This document shows, piece after piece, positions 24,650 through 36,171 of a stretch of 64,000 nt of DNA. A program made the translations under genes and the position numbers. Under the pieces are notes generated by a model that saw nothing but the letters and a program-made list of their open reading frames with translations, ran no database searches and was not told the origin of the DNA. The stretch is taken from the NCBI RefSeq assembly GCF_963921235.1, contig NC_086097.1, positions 98,954,001 through 99,018,000 of the forward strand, given 5' to 3'. The number at the start of each line of letters is the position of its first letter. Position 1 is the stretch's first letter. This DNA comes from Mobula hypostoma. Its lineage: Eukaryota.

Positions 24650-25700
24650 CCTCGACTCCTATTTGCATTCAGAATCATCACCTCCCACTCCTACTTCGGG
24701 CAAGCCAGCTCTGAATCCAGACTTGCAATTCACCCTGATCCCCATGCATTTAATCTGGATTGACTTCCAAGAGGAACCTTGTCAAATACCTTACTAAGGT
24801 CCATGTAGATAATGTCCACTGCCTTACCTTCTTCGAGCTCCTGTGTTCCTCCGCAAAAAAATTGACTCAGCTTGTAAGGCATGACCTACCATGCACAAGA
24901 CAAGCTCGGTGTCTCCATGCAGGCCATTTCTTTCCAAACACATATAAATCCTGTTCCTAAGTATGGTCTCTAGTTGTTTCCCTATCATGGGTGTGAGGCT
25001 CACTGGCCTGTGATTACCTGGATTATCCCTATTTTCCTTCTTGAAAAAAGACACATATCATTTGCTACCCTTCAGTCCTCGAGGACCTTGCCTGTTGCTA
25101 GTGAGAATGAGAAGACCTTTGTCAAGGCCTCAGCAATATTCTCACTTGCTTCTTTCAATATTCTGGAATATGTGCCACCTGGCCCTGGGGACTTACCCAC
25201 CTTAATACTTTTCAGGAGATCCAGCACTATGTCCCCCATTATCTCAAAATGCCTCAATGCATTAGTGTACTCCGCTCCATCTTCACTGTCCTTCAAATCC
25301 TTCTCCTTAGTAATGCCTGAAACCGAGCGTGCAGTATCTCATCCACTTCCTCTGACTGCAAGTACATATTATCTCCTTTACCCCTGAATGGGCCTACCCA
25401 TTCCTTAATTATCTGTTTTTTCTTAATGTAACTGTAAAATGTCTTGGAATTCTTCCTGATCCTGCTCACTTAGGACATTTCCTGGTTCCACTAATAGCCT
25501 GCTTGAAAATTTTCTGGGTATCTTGATACGCCACAAGGGTCAAGACTGATTTCAGTCTCTCGTATGCTTCATTTTTCTTCCTGATTCTTGGGTCATCTGA
25601 GCTTCTCCCACCTTACCATCATGGTCTTTTCTCCTCACTGGAACATGCTGGCCCTGAACGCAGATCAGCTGGTCTCTACACAACTCCCACAAAAGGCAAT
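24650..25700 (-). mobile_element. Degenerate CR1 ORF2 fragment
   Basis: KSIKVGKSPGPGGTYSRILKEASENIAEAL; FKKENRDNPGNHRPVSLTPMIGKQLETILRNRI. Confidence 0.8.
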
Positions 25701-26026
25701 TACAGACTAAACAGGAATTGCTCGACTGCCGTGGCTGGGCCTTCACAAGTGAAGATTGGGGTAGCGTAAGTGACAGTAGTCCTTCATGCCCGGATGTGCT
25801 GAATGCCTTTAGCAGGTTTTGATCGGGAGACACACTCACACACACCACCACTGCATGATCCTGTAATTTCAGTCACTGAGGCCTGTCTTGTAAAGACACA
25901 CTCACCCACAAGGGTAATGGACAGAGACACATACTCAGGCACATTCACTCACCTGGGGCAGACAGACGCACACAGCCTCACACTACTACAGGGATTGTAA
26001 AGAGACACACACACAGAGCACCTCAC

Positions 26027-26221
26027 CTCTGCCCGATTCCTGACCGCTTGCTGTAGGTTGTCCCACTGTTGATTAATCTGATCGGCCTGATCCATCACCT
26101 GCTCCATGAAGCTGTGGGCCTGCCTCTTGAGTGATTTGACCAGCTCGTGGAAAGCAGATATTTTATTCTGGCCCAGGCTGCTCAGCTCTTGCTCCAAATG
26201 CTCAAACTTCTTCTGCAGTAT
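26027..26221 (-). CDS. SPTBN5: SPTBN5 exon: ILQKKFEHLEQEL...AVRNRAE
   Basis: Acceptor CCCTTTCTCAG|ATA, donor GAG|GTGAGG. 195 nt, phase 0 to 0. Confidence 0.92.
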
Positions 26222-26574
26222 CTGAGAAAGGGAGAAACACCGAGAAGTCGGACAGGTCAGACGCTGCTCTCTGCTGCCAGACTTCTGTCTGCAGCTCAGA
26301 TGCCCTGCCCCAGTCTGTCCGAGAGCTCACCTCGGAGAAGGTAGATCACTGATGTCAGCAGCAGAAATCACCCCGTCACACACTTCATGCAGAGAACCTC
26401 ATCATTTGTTAAAGTTGAACTGTGGGGAACAAGAGGCTCCACGATTTGGGTGCTCTATTCGGACCTTCAATAACCCTCATTCGTACTGAATGCTCCCTAC
26501 ATCCCCGAACTCTGCCCAGTCTTGTCTGTAGAGGCCGTTCCGTGTCAGAAGCCTGCGCCACCCAGTATACTCAT

Positions 26575-26750
26575 CTGATAAATTCTCCTACTAACCCGTA
26601 GGTCTTTGCAATGTGGGAGGGAGCTGTAAGTCCCAGAGGAAACCCTCGCGGTCACTGTGAGAATGTACAAACTCCTTACAGTCAGTGGTGGGACTGAACC
26701 CAGGTCTCTGATGCTGTAATAGTGTTAGACTGACTGCACCACCCCCTGCA
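26575..26750 (-). mobile_element. tRNA-derived SINE (V-SINE/HE1-like), decayed
   Basis: gtctttgcaatgtgggagg..ggaaaccc..gtacaaactccttaca..gaacccagg. Confidence 0.7.
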
Positions 26751-27226
26751 AAACTTCGATCTTTGTGTCTCAGCTCTCCCGCACATGTTTATCTTTGAAC
26801 TTCCTACCTAGTCCTGCATCACTCCCCCACAGCCTCGTAACCCCGCTAGCCTCCATCCTTGAATCAGCATCTCCACCTAACTCTTTCACCTGGCATCCAG
26901 ATGCAGTGTCCTGCCCCTAATCTACACCCATCTCCTTCCCCTACGTCCATGTCTGCTGCACCACGCACCACACTCCACACCCCAGCCCTGAGCCTCTACC
27001 GCAGTCCAGTGCCCAGTGCCCAGCGCCTAACCACTGCCCCCGTTTGGCCTCACCCCTCTGTTCTGCAGTAGCATCTGCCCAGATCATGTCCATTGTCACC
27101 CAGAGCCCAGGGGTCATGGAGGTACTGTGTCATTCTGTAGAGGAGGTGAGAATGATGCAGTACCAATGTAAATATTAACCCTCACATGAATCAGGCTGCA
27201 GGGTTTGAAAATGCTCCAATTCTTAC

Positions 27227-27431
27227 CTCCACATCTTCCAGATCCTGACCATAGTCGTCTGAGTCTGCCAGGCGTTGCTTGCTGGAGAGCCACGTGGCTA
27301 TTTCCTGCACCTCCTGTTCAAACTGATAGAGCTGGTACCGGTGCAAAAGCCTCTTCCGAAGTTTTCCTGCCAAAAGCAGGAGTGTCTCATACGCACTCTC
27401 CACATCCTGGAGCCGTTTCGTTATGGCTTGT
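27227..27431 (-). CDS. SPTBN5: SPTBN5 exon: (R)QAITKRLQDVESAYE...DDYGQDLEDVE
   Basis: Acceptor CCTGCAG|A, donor GAG|GTAAGA. 205 nt, phase 2 to 0. Confidence 0.92.
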
Positions 27432-27479
27432 CTGCAGGCGGACGAGAATATTTCCAATACCAGCTGGTGAACCTCACCA

Positions 27480-30400
27480 TCCCGTACACTGCAGGAAGCA
27501 CTGCACTGCACGCTGTGGCGCTCCCCGTTAAACTACAGAACCCCACTGCACCCTGCGGCGCTCCCCGTTACACTACAGAACCCCACTGCACGCTGTGGCG
27601 TTCCCCGTTACACTACAGAAACGTACTGCACGCTGCGGCGTTCCCCGTTACACTACAGAAATGTACTGCACGCTGCGGCGTTCCTCGTTACACTACAGAA
27701 CCCCACTGCACGTTGCGGCGTTCCCCGTTACACTACAGAAACGTACTGCACGCTGCGGCGTTCCCCGTTACACTACAGAACCCCACTGCATGCTGCGGCG
27801 TTCCCCGTTACACTACAGAACCCCACTGCACGCTGCGGCGTTCCCCGTTACACTACAGAAACGTACTGCACGCTGCGGCGTTCCCCGTTACACTACAGAA
27901 ACGTACTGCACGCTGCGGCGTTCCCCGTTACACTACAGAAATGTACTGCACGCTGCGGCGTTCCCCGTTACACTACAGAACCCCACTGCACGCTGCGGCG
28001 TTCCCCGTTACACTACAGAAACGTACTGCACGCTGCGGCGTTCCCCGTTACACTACAGAACCCCACTGCACGCTGCGGCGTTCCCCGTTACACAACAGAA
28101 CCGCACTGCACGCTGCGGCGTTCCCCGTTACACTACAGAACCCCACTGCACCCTGCGGCGTTCCCCGTTACACTACAGAACCCCACTGCACCCTGTGGCG
28201 CTCCCTGTTACACTGCAGAACGTGTTCCCTGTTACACTACAGAACGTTTTCCCCGTTACACTACAGAACCCCACTGCACGCTGCGGCGTTCCCCGTTACA
28301 CTACAGAACCCCACTGCACCCTGCGGTGTTCCCTGTTACACTACAGAACCCCACTGCACCCTGTGGTGCTCCCCGTTACACTGCAGAACGTGTTCCCTGT
28401 TACACTACAGAACGTTTTCCCCGTTACACTACAGAACCCCACTGCACGATGCGGCGTTCCCCGTTACACTGCAGAACGTGTTCCCTGTTACACTACAGAA
28501 CGTTTTCCCCGTTACACTACAGAACCCACTGCATGCTGCGGCGTTCCCCGTTACACTACAGAACCCCACTGCACCCTGTGGTGCTCCCCGTTACACTGCA
28601 GAACGTGTTCCCTGTTACACTACAGAACGTTTTCCCCGTTACACTACAGAACCCCACTGCACGCTGCAGCGTTCCCCGTTACACTGCAGAACGTGTTCCC
28701 CGTTACACTACAGAACTCCACTGCACGCTGCAGCGTTCCCCGTTACACTACAGAACCCCACTGCATGCTGCGGCGTTCCCCGTTACACTGCAGAACGTGA
28801 TCCCTGTTACACTACAGAACATTTTCCCCGTTACACTACAGAACCCCACTGCACGCTGCAGCGTTCCCCGTTACACTGCAGAACGTGTTCCCCGTTACAC
28901 TACAGAACGTGTTCCCCGTTACACTACAGAACCCCACTGCACGATGCGGCGTTCCCCGTTACACTGCAGAACGTGTTCCCTGTTACACTACAGAACGTTT
29001 TCCCCGTTACACTACAGAACCCCACTGCACGCTGCAGCGTTCCCCGTTACACTGCAGAACGTGTTCCCCGTTACACTACAGAACTCCACTGCACGCTGCA
29101 GCGTTCCCCGTTACACTACAGAACCCCACTGCATGCTGCGGCGTTCCCCGTTACACTGCAGAACGTGTTCCCTGTTACACTACAGAACGTTTTCCCCGTT
29201 ACACTACAGAACCCCACTGCACGCTGCAGCGTTCCCCGTTACACTGCAGAACGTGTTCCCCGTTACACTACAGAACGTGTTCCCCGTTACACTACAGAAC
29301 CCCACTGCATGCTGCGGCGTTCCCCGTTACACTGCAGAACGTGTTCCCTGTTACACTACAGAACGTTTTCCCCGTTACACTACAGAACCCCACTGCACGC
29401 TGCAGCGTTCCCCGTTACACTGCAGAACGTGTTCCCTGTTACACTACAGAACGTTTTCCCCGTTACACTACAGAACCCCACTGCACGCTGCAGCGTTCCC
29501 CGTTATACACTACAGAACGTTTTCCCCGTAACACTACAGAACCCCACTGCACGCTGCGGCGTTCCCCGTTACACTACAGAACGTTTTCCCCGTTACACTA
29601 CAGAACCCCACTGCACGCTGCAGCGTTCCCCGTTACACTACAGAACGTTTTCCCCATTACACTACAGAACCCCACTGCACGCTGCGGCGTTCCCCGTTAC
29701 ACTGCAGAACGTGTTCCCTGTTACACTACAGAACGTTTTCCCCGTTACACTACAGAACCCCACTGCACGCTGCAGCGTTCCCCGTTACACTGCAGAACGT
29801 GTTCCCCGTTACACTACAGAACTCCACTGCACGCTGCAGCGTTCCCCGTTACACTACAGAACCCCACTGCATGCTGCGGCGTTCCCCGTTACACTGCAGA
29901 ACGTGATCCCTGTTACACTACAGAACATTTTCCCCGTTACACTACAGAACCCCACTGCACGTTGCAGCGTTCCCCGTTACACTGCAGAACGTGTTCCCCG
30001 TTACACTACAGAACGTGTTCCCCGTTACACTACAGAACCCCACTGCATGCTGCGGCGTTCCCCGTTACACTGCAGAACGTGTTCCCTGTTACACTACAGA
30101 ACGTTTTCCCCGTTACACTACAGAACCCCACTGCACGCTGCGGCGTTCCCCGTTACACTGCAGAACGTGTTCCCTGTTACACTACAGAACGTTTTCCCCG
30201 TTACACTACAGAACCCCACTGCACGCTGCAGCGTTCCCCGTTACACTGCAGAACGTGTTCCCCGTTACACTACAGAACGTGTTCCCCGTTACACTACAGA
30301 ACCCCACTGCATGCTGCGGCGTTCCCCGTTACACTGCAGAACGTGTTCCCTGTTACACTACAGAACGTTTTCCCCGTTACACTACAGAACCCCACTGCAC

Positions 30401-31118
30401 GCTGCAGCGTTCCCCGTTACACTGCAGAACGTGTTCCCCGTTACACTACAGAACGTTTTCCCCGTTACACTACAGAACCCCACTGCATGCTGCGGCGTTC
30501 CCCGTTACACTGCAGAACGTGTTCCCTGTTACACTACAGAACGTTTTCCCCGTTACACTACAGAACCCCACTGCACGCTGCAGCGTTCCCCGTTACACTG
30601 CAGAACGTGTTCTCTGTTACACTACAGAACGTTTTCCCCGTTACACTACAGAACCCCACTGCATGCTGCAGCGTTCCCCGTTACACTACAGAACGTTTTC
30701 CCCGTAACACTACAGAACCCCACTGCACGCTGCGGCGTTCCCCGTTACACTACAGAACGTTTTCCCCGTTACACTACAGAACCCCACTGCACGCTGCAGC
30801 GTTCCCCGTTACACTACAGAACGTTTTCCCCGTTACACTACAGAACCCCACTGCACGCTGCGGCGTTCCCCGTTACACTGCAGAACGTGTTCCCTGTTAC
30901 ACTACAGAACGTTTTCCCCGTTACACTACAGAACCCCACTGCACGCTGCAGCGTTCCCCGTTACACTGCAGAACGTGTTCCCCGTTACACTACAGAACCC
31001 ACTGCACGCTGCGGTGCTCCCCATTACACTGCAGAACCCCACTGCACGCTGCGGTGCTCCCCGTTACACTACAGAACGCCACTGCGCACTGCGGCATTCC
31101 CCGTTACACCACAGAACC
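27480..31118. repeat. About 3.6-kb composite minisatellite (40-bp and 24-bp units)
   Basis: 40-mer CCCCGTTACACTACAGAACCCCACTGCACGCTGCGGCGTT and 24-mer CCC(C/T)GTTACACT(A/G)CAGAACGT(G/T)TT. Confidence 0.97.
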
Positions 31119-31189
31119 GATCTTTCCTATTCTCTTTACTTACCCTGCAGAGCAGTGGTAAAAGGCCTGATTAAAGTTTTGTTTTGTTT

Positions 31190-31420
31190 AGGGCAGCTTG
31201 GTGGAGTGGTGATTGGCACAACGCTACTACACAACAGCGGCCTGGGTTCAATTCCCACCGCCGGCTGACAGGAGTTTGAACGTTCTCCCTGTGACCGCGA
31301 GGGTTTCTTCGGGGAGCTCCCGTTTCCTCCCATGTTCCAAAGACGTACAGGTTAGTCACACGGGTGTAACTGGGTAGTGCGAGCTCGTTGGGTCGCAAAA
31401 GGCTGTTACTGTGCTGATCT
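31190..31420 (+). mobile_element. tRNA-derived SINE (V-SINE/HE1-like)
   Basis: A-box-like TGGTGGAGTGG, B-box GGTTCAATTCC, core cgttctccctgtgaccgcg..ggtttc..tttcctcccatgttccaaagacgtac. Confidence 0.78.
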
Positions 31421-31756
31421 TGAAACAAGTAATATAAATAGCTGAGACAAAGGAGACCACGGATACTGAAGAAACTCAGAGAGTCGAGCAGCATCTGTGG
31501 GGGGGGGGAGGAATTGTGTGCAGATGGAGGTGGGGATAACACAGAGATGATAACTGCAATGAGCTGAATGAAGGGACTACACTTTCAAATCCTTGGATCT
31601 AGTCGAGACTATACTGTATCTGGGGTGAGGCACAGGGAATACAATGGATCAGAAGGATAGAGATGGATAGCTCCCACATGATCCGAAGATGGTTTGCTAT
31701 GTTTTGGGCTCCTCTTGCTTGCTGTGGCGGGGGGGTAAATAGCTGTAGGGTCCTAC

Positions 31757-31953
31757 CTGTCAGGATGGTTCATGCTGGTCAGATTATTCCCCATTTCCTT
31801 CAGTTTGAACATTATGGATTTGTAGCTGACCAGGTCCACGTCTGTATTTTCCAGCTTCTTCAGCAGCATCTGAGTAGTGCTCTCGTCCTTCCCGTAGTCT
31901 GTGCTCTCCAGCTGTGGTCTCTTCTCTTCCATCCATAACTCAGCCTCCAGCAG
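31757..31953 (-). CDS. SPTBN5: SPTBN5 exon: LLEAELWMEEKRPQLESTDYGKDE...MNHPD
   Basis: Acceptor CCACAG|CTG, donor AG|GTAGGA. 197 nt, phase 0 to 2. Confidence 0.9.
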
Positions 31954-32159
31954 CTGTGGTGGGCAGAGAACACCGAGAATGTATACCCATCGCCCAAACA
32001 TCGGCCTGCAGACAGAGCGATCTACTTTCCCCATGGCTCTGATCACCATTCACTTCCCCTGTGACTGTTACCACACTCCAAATGAGGCCTAACCAAATGT
32101 TTTATGCAACTGAAACATTATTTCCCGACGTTTATGCTCAAACACTCTGACCTTCCCTT

Positions 32160-32720
32160 CACTTGACCGGGTATTGATTATAAAACTTGAGGAGTCATGT
32201 TGCAGTTGCAAAAACTTTGATTAGGCCACATTCGGAGTTTTGCACACAGTTCTGGTTACTCCATTACAGGAAGGAAGTTGAGGCTTTGGAGAGGGTGCAG
32301 GAGAGGTTCACCAGGATGTTACCTCCATTAGAGTGTTTTAGTATCAGGAAAGGTTGGACAAACTTGAATTGTTTTCTCTGGAGCATCAGAGGGGTGATCT
32401 AATAACAGCTGATGAAATTATGAGAGGGGTAGATAGGGTAGATTGTCTTTTTTCCCAGGGTGTCCCAGAGATAACTACCTTAGCTTTAAGGTGAGAAGGG
32501 GAAATTTTAAAGGAGATTTAAGAGGCAAGTATTTCAGTCAGAGAGTTGTAGAGAGCTGGAATGCACTGCCAGTGGAGGCAGTGAAAGTAGATATAATAGT
32601 AATATTTCAGGCACATTTAGAACAGTCAAAAATAGAGGAAATCAGACCGCAAGTGGACTGGCATTGTGACTTGCACAGACATTGTTGGCTAAGGGGCACA
32701 TTCCTGTAATATTCTATCAA
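32160..32720 (+). mobile_element. CR1 LINE 3' fragment
   Basis: KTLIRPHSEFCTQFWLLHYRKEVEALERVQERFTRMLP; YFSQRVVESWNALP. Confidence 0.82.
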
Positions 32721-33081
32721 GGAAACTCGGAGTTTGGCAGTGTGTGGGTCAGATCCATATCTGGCTGAGGGTATGCGCAAACCCAACAACTAGTACAAGC
32801 TGATTGAGGACATATCCTTCAAATGCTTGGAACAGGTCAACATTGTGTCTGGAGTGGGAAGTGACAGTGAGGCACAAGGAACTCAGTAGATCAGAAGGGC
32901 AGAAATGGGCCATTTCCATCACCATTGCTGACGAGCTGATTGGATCACTGATGTCACATGGTCACAACCTAATGCCATGTCAGTGGATAGTGGCAAGATT
33001 ACTCAGCTGATTATTATTGATATCAATTTGTTTGTCTGGAGAGAGCGGGAGTGTGTTTCTCTCTGACATGTGAACGCTCAC

Positions 33082-33294
33082 CTCAGAGAGGAAGAGTTGT
33101 GCTGCATACGCCTCATTCAGCAACTTGCTTCTCTTCTCCGCTTCCTCTTTCAGTGTCTCCACAGCATCCTTCAACTCCCACAGCCTCTTTGAAATCTCTC
33201 GCGAGGCAAAATGCCCGCTCTTTGCAAGATTCTGTCCTGTTTCCAGCACGTCGTTGATCAGGGAGTCATGGCAGCTGATCTCACTCTGCAGAGC
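33082..33294 (-). CDS. SPTBN5: SPTBN5 exon: ALQSEISCHDSLINDVLETG...AQLFLSE
   Basis: Acceptor AACTAG|GCT, donor GAG|GTGAGC. 213 nt, phase 0 to 0. Confidence 0.88.
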
Positions 33295-33589
33295 CTAGTT
33301 AGCGGAGGAGATTCCAGCAAAGCTGTTACTTCTTAAACAAGAAATTAGTAAGTGAACAACTCCATCCAAACAGAAGAATCATGTCATTCACATTCTCAGG
33401 TATCCTAAAGCTCTACAAAGTAAATAACTTATATCTGACCTAAAGCCACTGCTCAAAGGTTGCTAAACACAGCAGGCAAACTATGGACATTGCACTGAGG
33501 AATATGGCAGGATAATCTGCTTTAATCATGTTAGTTAGATGCTAGCAAACTTGGAAGGCACTGAGCTTAAATATTATAAGTCCACAAGA

Positions 33590-33925
33590 CTATAAGACCA
33601 TAAGAAATAGAAGTAGAAGTAGGCCATTTGGCCCATCGAGTTTGCTCTGCTATTTCATCATGGCTGATCCATTTCCCTCTCAGCACCAGTCTCCTGCCTT
33701 CTCCCCATATCCCTTCATATCTCGACTAATCAAGAATCTATCAACCTCTGCCTTAAATATATCCAATGACTTGGCCTCCACAGCCCCTTTGGCAATGAAT
33801 GCCACAGATTCATCACTCTCTGACTAAAGAAATCCCTCCTCGTCTCCATTCTAAATCCTTCTACTCTGAGGCTGTGCCCTCTGGTCCTAGACTCCTCCAC
33901 CGTAGTAAACATCCACTCTATCTAT
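33590..33925 (-). mobile_element. CR1 LINE 3' fragment
   Basis: EESRTRGHSLRV..FFSQRVMNLW. Tail ataagaccataaga, as in the copy at 6245. Confidence 0.82.
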
Positions 33926-34159
33926 GCCTATGGATTACATAAGAAAGGCAAGATTGGAGTGAGGAGTCACAGATTTTTAAGCTTCAACAGAACACCAGCA
34001 CAAGCCGCATCCAACATCGGGACACTGCCAGCCAGGTCACAGTCTGTTCTCAGGACTCACACCGCCAGGTTCAGGAGCAGTTACTGCCTCTCAATCATCA
34101 GGGTCTTGAACCAAAAGGAGTAACTTCATTCAACTTCATTTACCCCACCAAAGAGCTAA

Positions 34160-35310
34160 ATACCGGAGGTGAGGTGAGAGCGAGTAGCATTTGACTGAGT
34201 ATGGCATCAAGGTGCCCTCGCTAAAATAGAGTCCATGGGAATTAGGGGAAAGCCCTCCGCTGGTTGGAATCATACCTGACACAAAGGTGGTTGGAGGTCA
34301 GTCATCTCATCCTCAGGACATCACTGCAGGAGTTCCTCAGGGAAGTGTCCTAGGACCAATCATCTTCAGCTGCTTCATCAATGACCTTCCTTCCGTCATA
34401 AGGACAGAAATGGGGATGTTCGCAGAAAACTGCACAATGTTCTGCACCATTTGTGACTCCTCAGATAGTGAAGCAGTTCTTTCCCAAATGCAGCAGGTCC
34501 TGGACAATATCCAGGCTTGGGCTGACAATTGGCAAGTAACATTTCAGCCACACAAGTGTCAAGCACTGACCATCTCCAACAAGAGAGGCTCTAACCATCG
34601 TCCCTTGACATTCAGTGGCATCACCGTCACTGAATCCCCTACAATCAACATCCTGGGGGTTACCATTGACAGGAAACAGAACTGGTCTAGCCATATAAAC
34701 ACCATGGCTACCAGACCAGACCAAAGGCTAGGAATCCTGTGGCATGTAACTCACCTCCTGACTCCCCAAAGCCTGTCCACCATCTACAAGGCTCAGGTCA
34801 GGAGTGTAATGGAATACTCGCCACTCACCTGGATGAGTGCAGCTCCATCTACACTCAGGATGCTTGACACCCTTCAGCACAAGGCAGCCCACTTGATTGG
34901 TACCCCTTCCACAAGCATCCAATCCCTCCACCATCAATGAACAGTTGCAGCAGTGTGAACTATCTACAAGATGCACTGCAACAACACACCAAAGTTCCTA
35001 AGGCAGCACCTTCCAGACCCACAACCACTGCCATCTAGAAAGACAAGTACAGCAGATACCTGGGAACACCACCACTTGGAAATCCACCTCCAAGGCACTC
35101 ACCATCCTGACTTGGAAACATATCGCATTCCTTCATTTTGTCACTGGGTCAAAATCATGGAATCCCCTCCCTAACTGTTAGTGTACCTACACCTCAGGGG
35201 CTGCAGCCCTTCAAGAAGGCAGCTCATCACCACCTTCTGAAGGACAACTAGGGATGGGCAATAAATGCCGGCTTAGCTGCTGACGCCCACATCCCGTGAA
35301 TGAATAAGCA
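34160..35310 (+). mobile_element. LINE 3' half of a second CR1/L2-group lineage, inserted into a Rex1-like tail (about 34040-34150 and 35320-35611)
   Basis: [36 protein letters not shown]. Tail gggcaataaatgccggc..gacgcccacatcccgtgaatgaataa. The flank 35320-35611 matches 60060-60330. Confidence 0.8.
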
Positions 35311-36171
35311 AAAAAAATATTCTCACAATCTATGGACTCACTTTTAAGGACTCTTCATTGCATGTTCTCGATATTTATTGCTTATTTATTTATTATTACT
35401 ATTTCTTATTTTTGTATTTGCACAGTTTGTTGTCTTTTGCATACTGATTGAACACCTAAGTTGGTGTGGTCTTCCATTTTGGTCTTTCCATTCCTATTAT
35501 GGTTATTATTCTATCATGGATTTATTGAGTATGCCCACAAGAAAATGAATCTCAGGGTACTTTATGGTGACATATATGAACTTCGATAATAAATCTACCT
35601 TGAACTTTGAAGTTGTATAGGCTATTATACAATAACTCTTGGTGCCAGCATGGAGTTATATAGCACAAAAACAGGCACTTCTGACCAACTTGTCCATGTC
35701 AGCCAAATACTGACCTGAGCTCATCCCATTTGCTCTGTTTCTAAACCTGCATGGGTGGTTTAGAGACTAAACCTGTCAGGTAACGTAACTCAATACATAA
35801 AATGTACATAATTCACAACCGCCAACATTGAGTTGGAGTTTCACTTTAAGACGCTGGTCTGACATAATTAAGTAAGGCTTTTTAGCACACATTGTGTTCA
35901 GGATTTTGGTGTTCAATAAATGAGTTGTGACGGCTTTTCTGAAACAAAAGGTCTCCGCCGTTAAATTGTGAAAATTTACAAACCTTACCTACCCGTATAT
36001 CTCCATAATGCATTTTAAATGTTGTAATAGTGCTGTTTCTACAGTTTGCTTTTGGAAATTAATCCATATACCCATCAACCTCCATGTGGAACACATATCC
36101 CTCAGGCCCCTTTTAAATGTTTCCCCTATCTCCTAAGACATTTGCTCTCAACTTTTTGAATCTATCTACTT

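Noticed and set aside
27275..31174. 1299-aa and 758-aa + strand ORFs
   Set aside because: Translation of a stop-free 40/24-bp minisatellite, with the same peptides cycling through all three frames. The start overlaps a spectrin exon antisense.
31190..31265. Possible tRNA genes (A/B boxes here, at about 59980-60050 and at about 49940-50005)
   Set aside because: No complete cloverleaf, and each continues into a SINE body, so these are tRNA-derived SINE heads.
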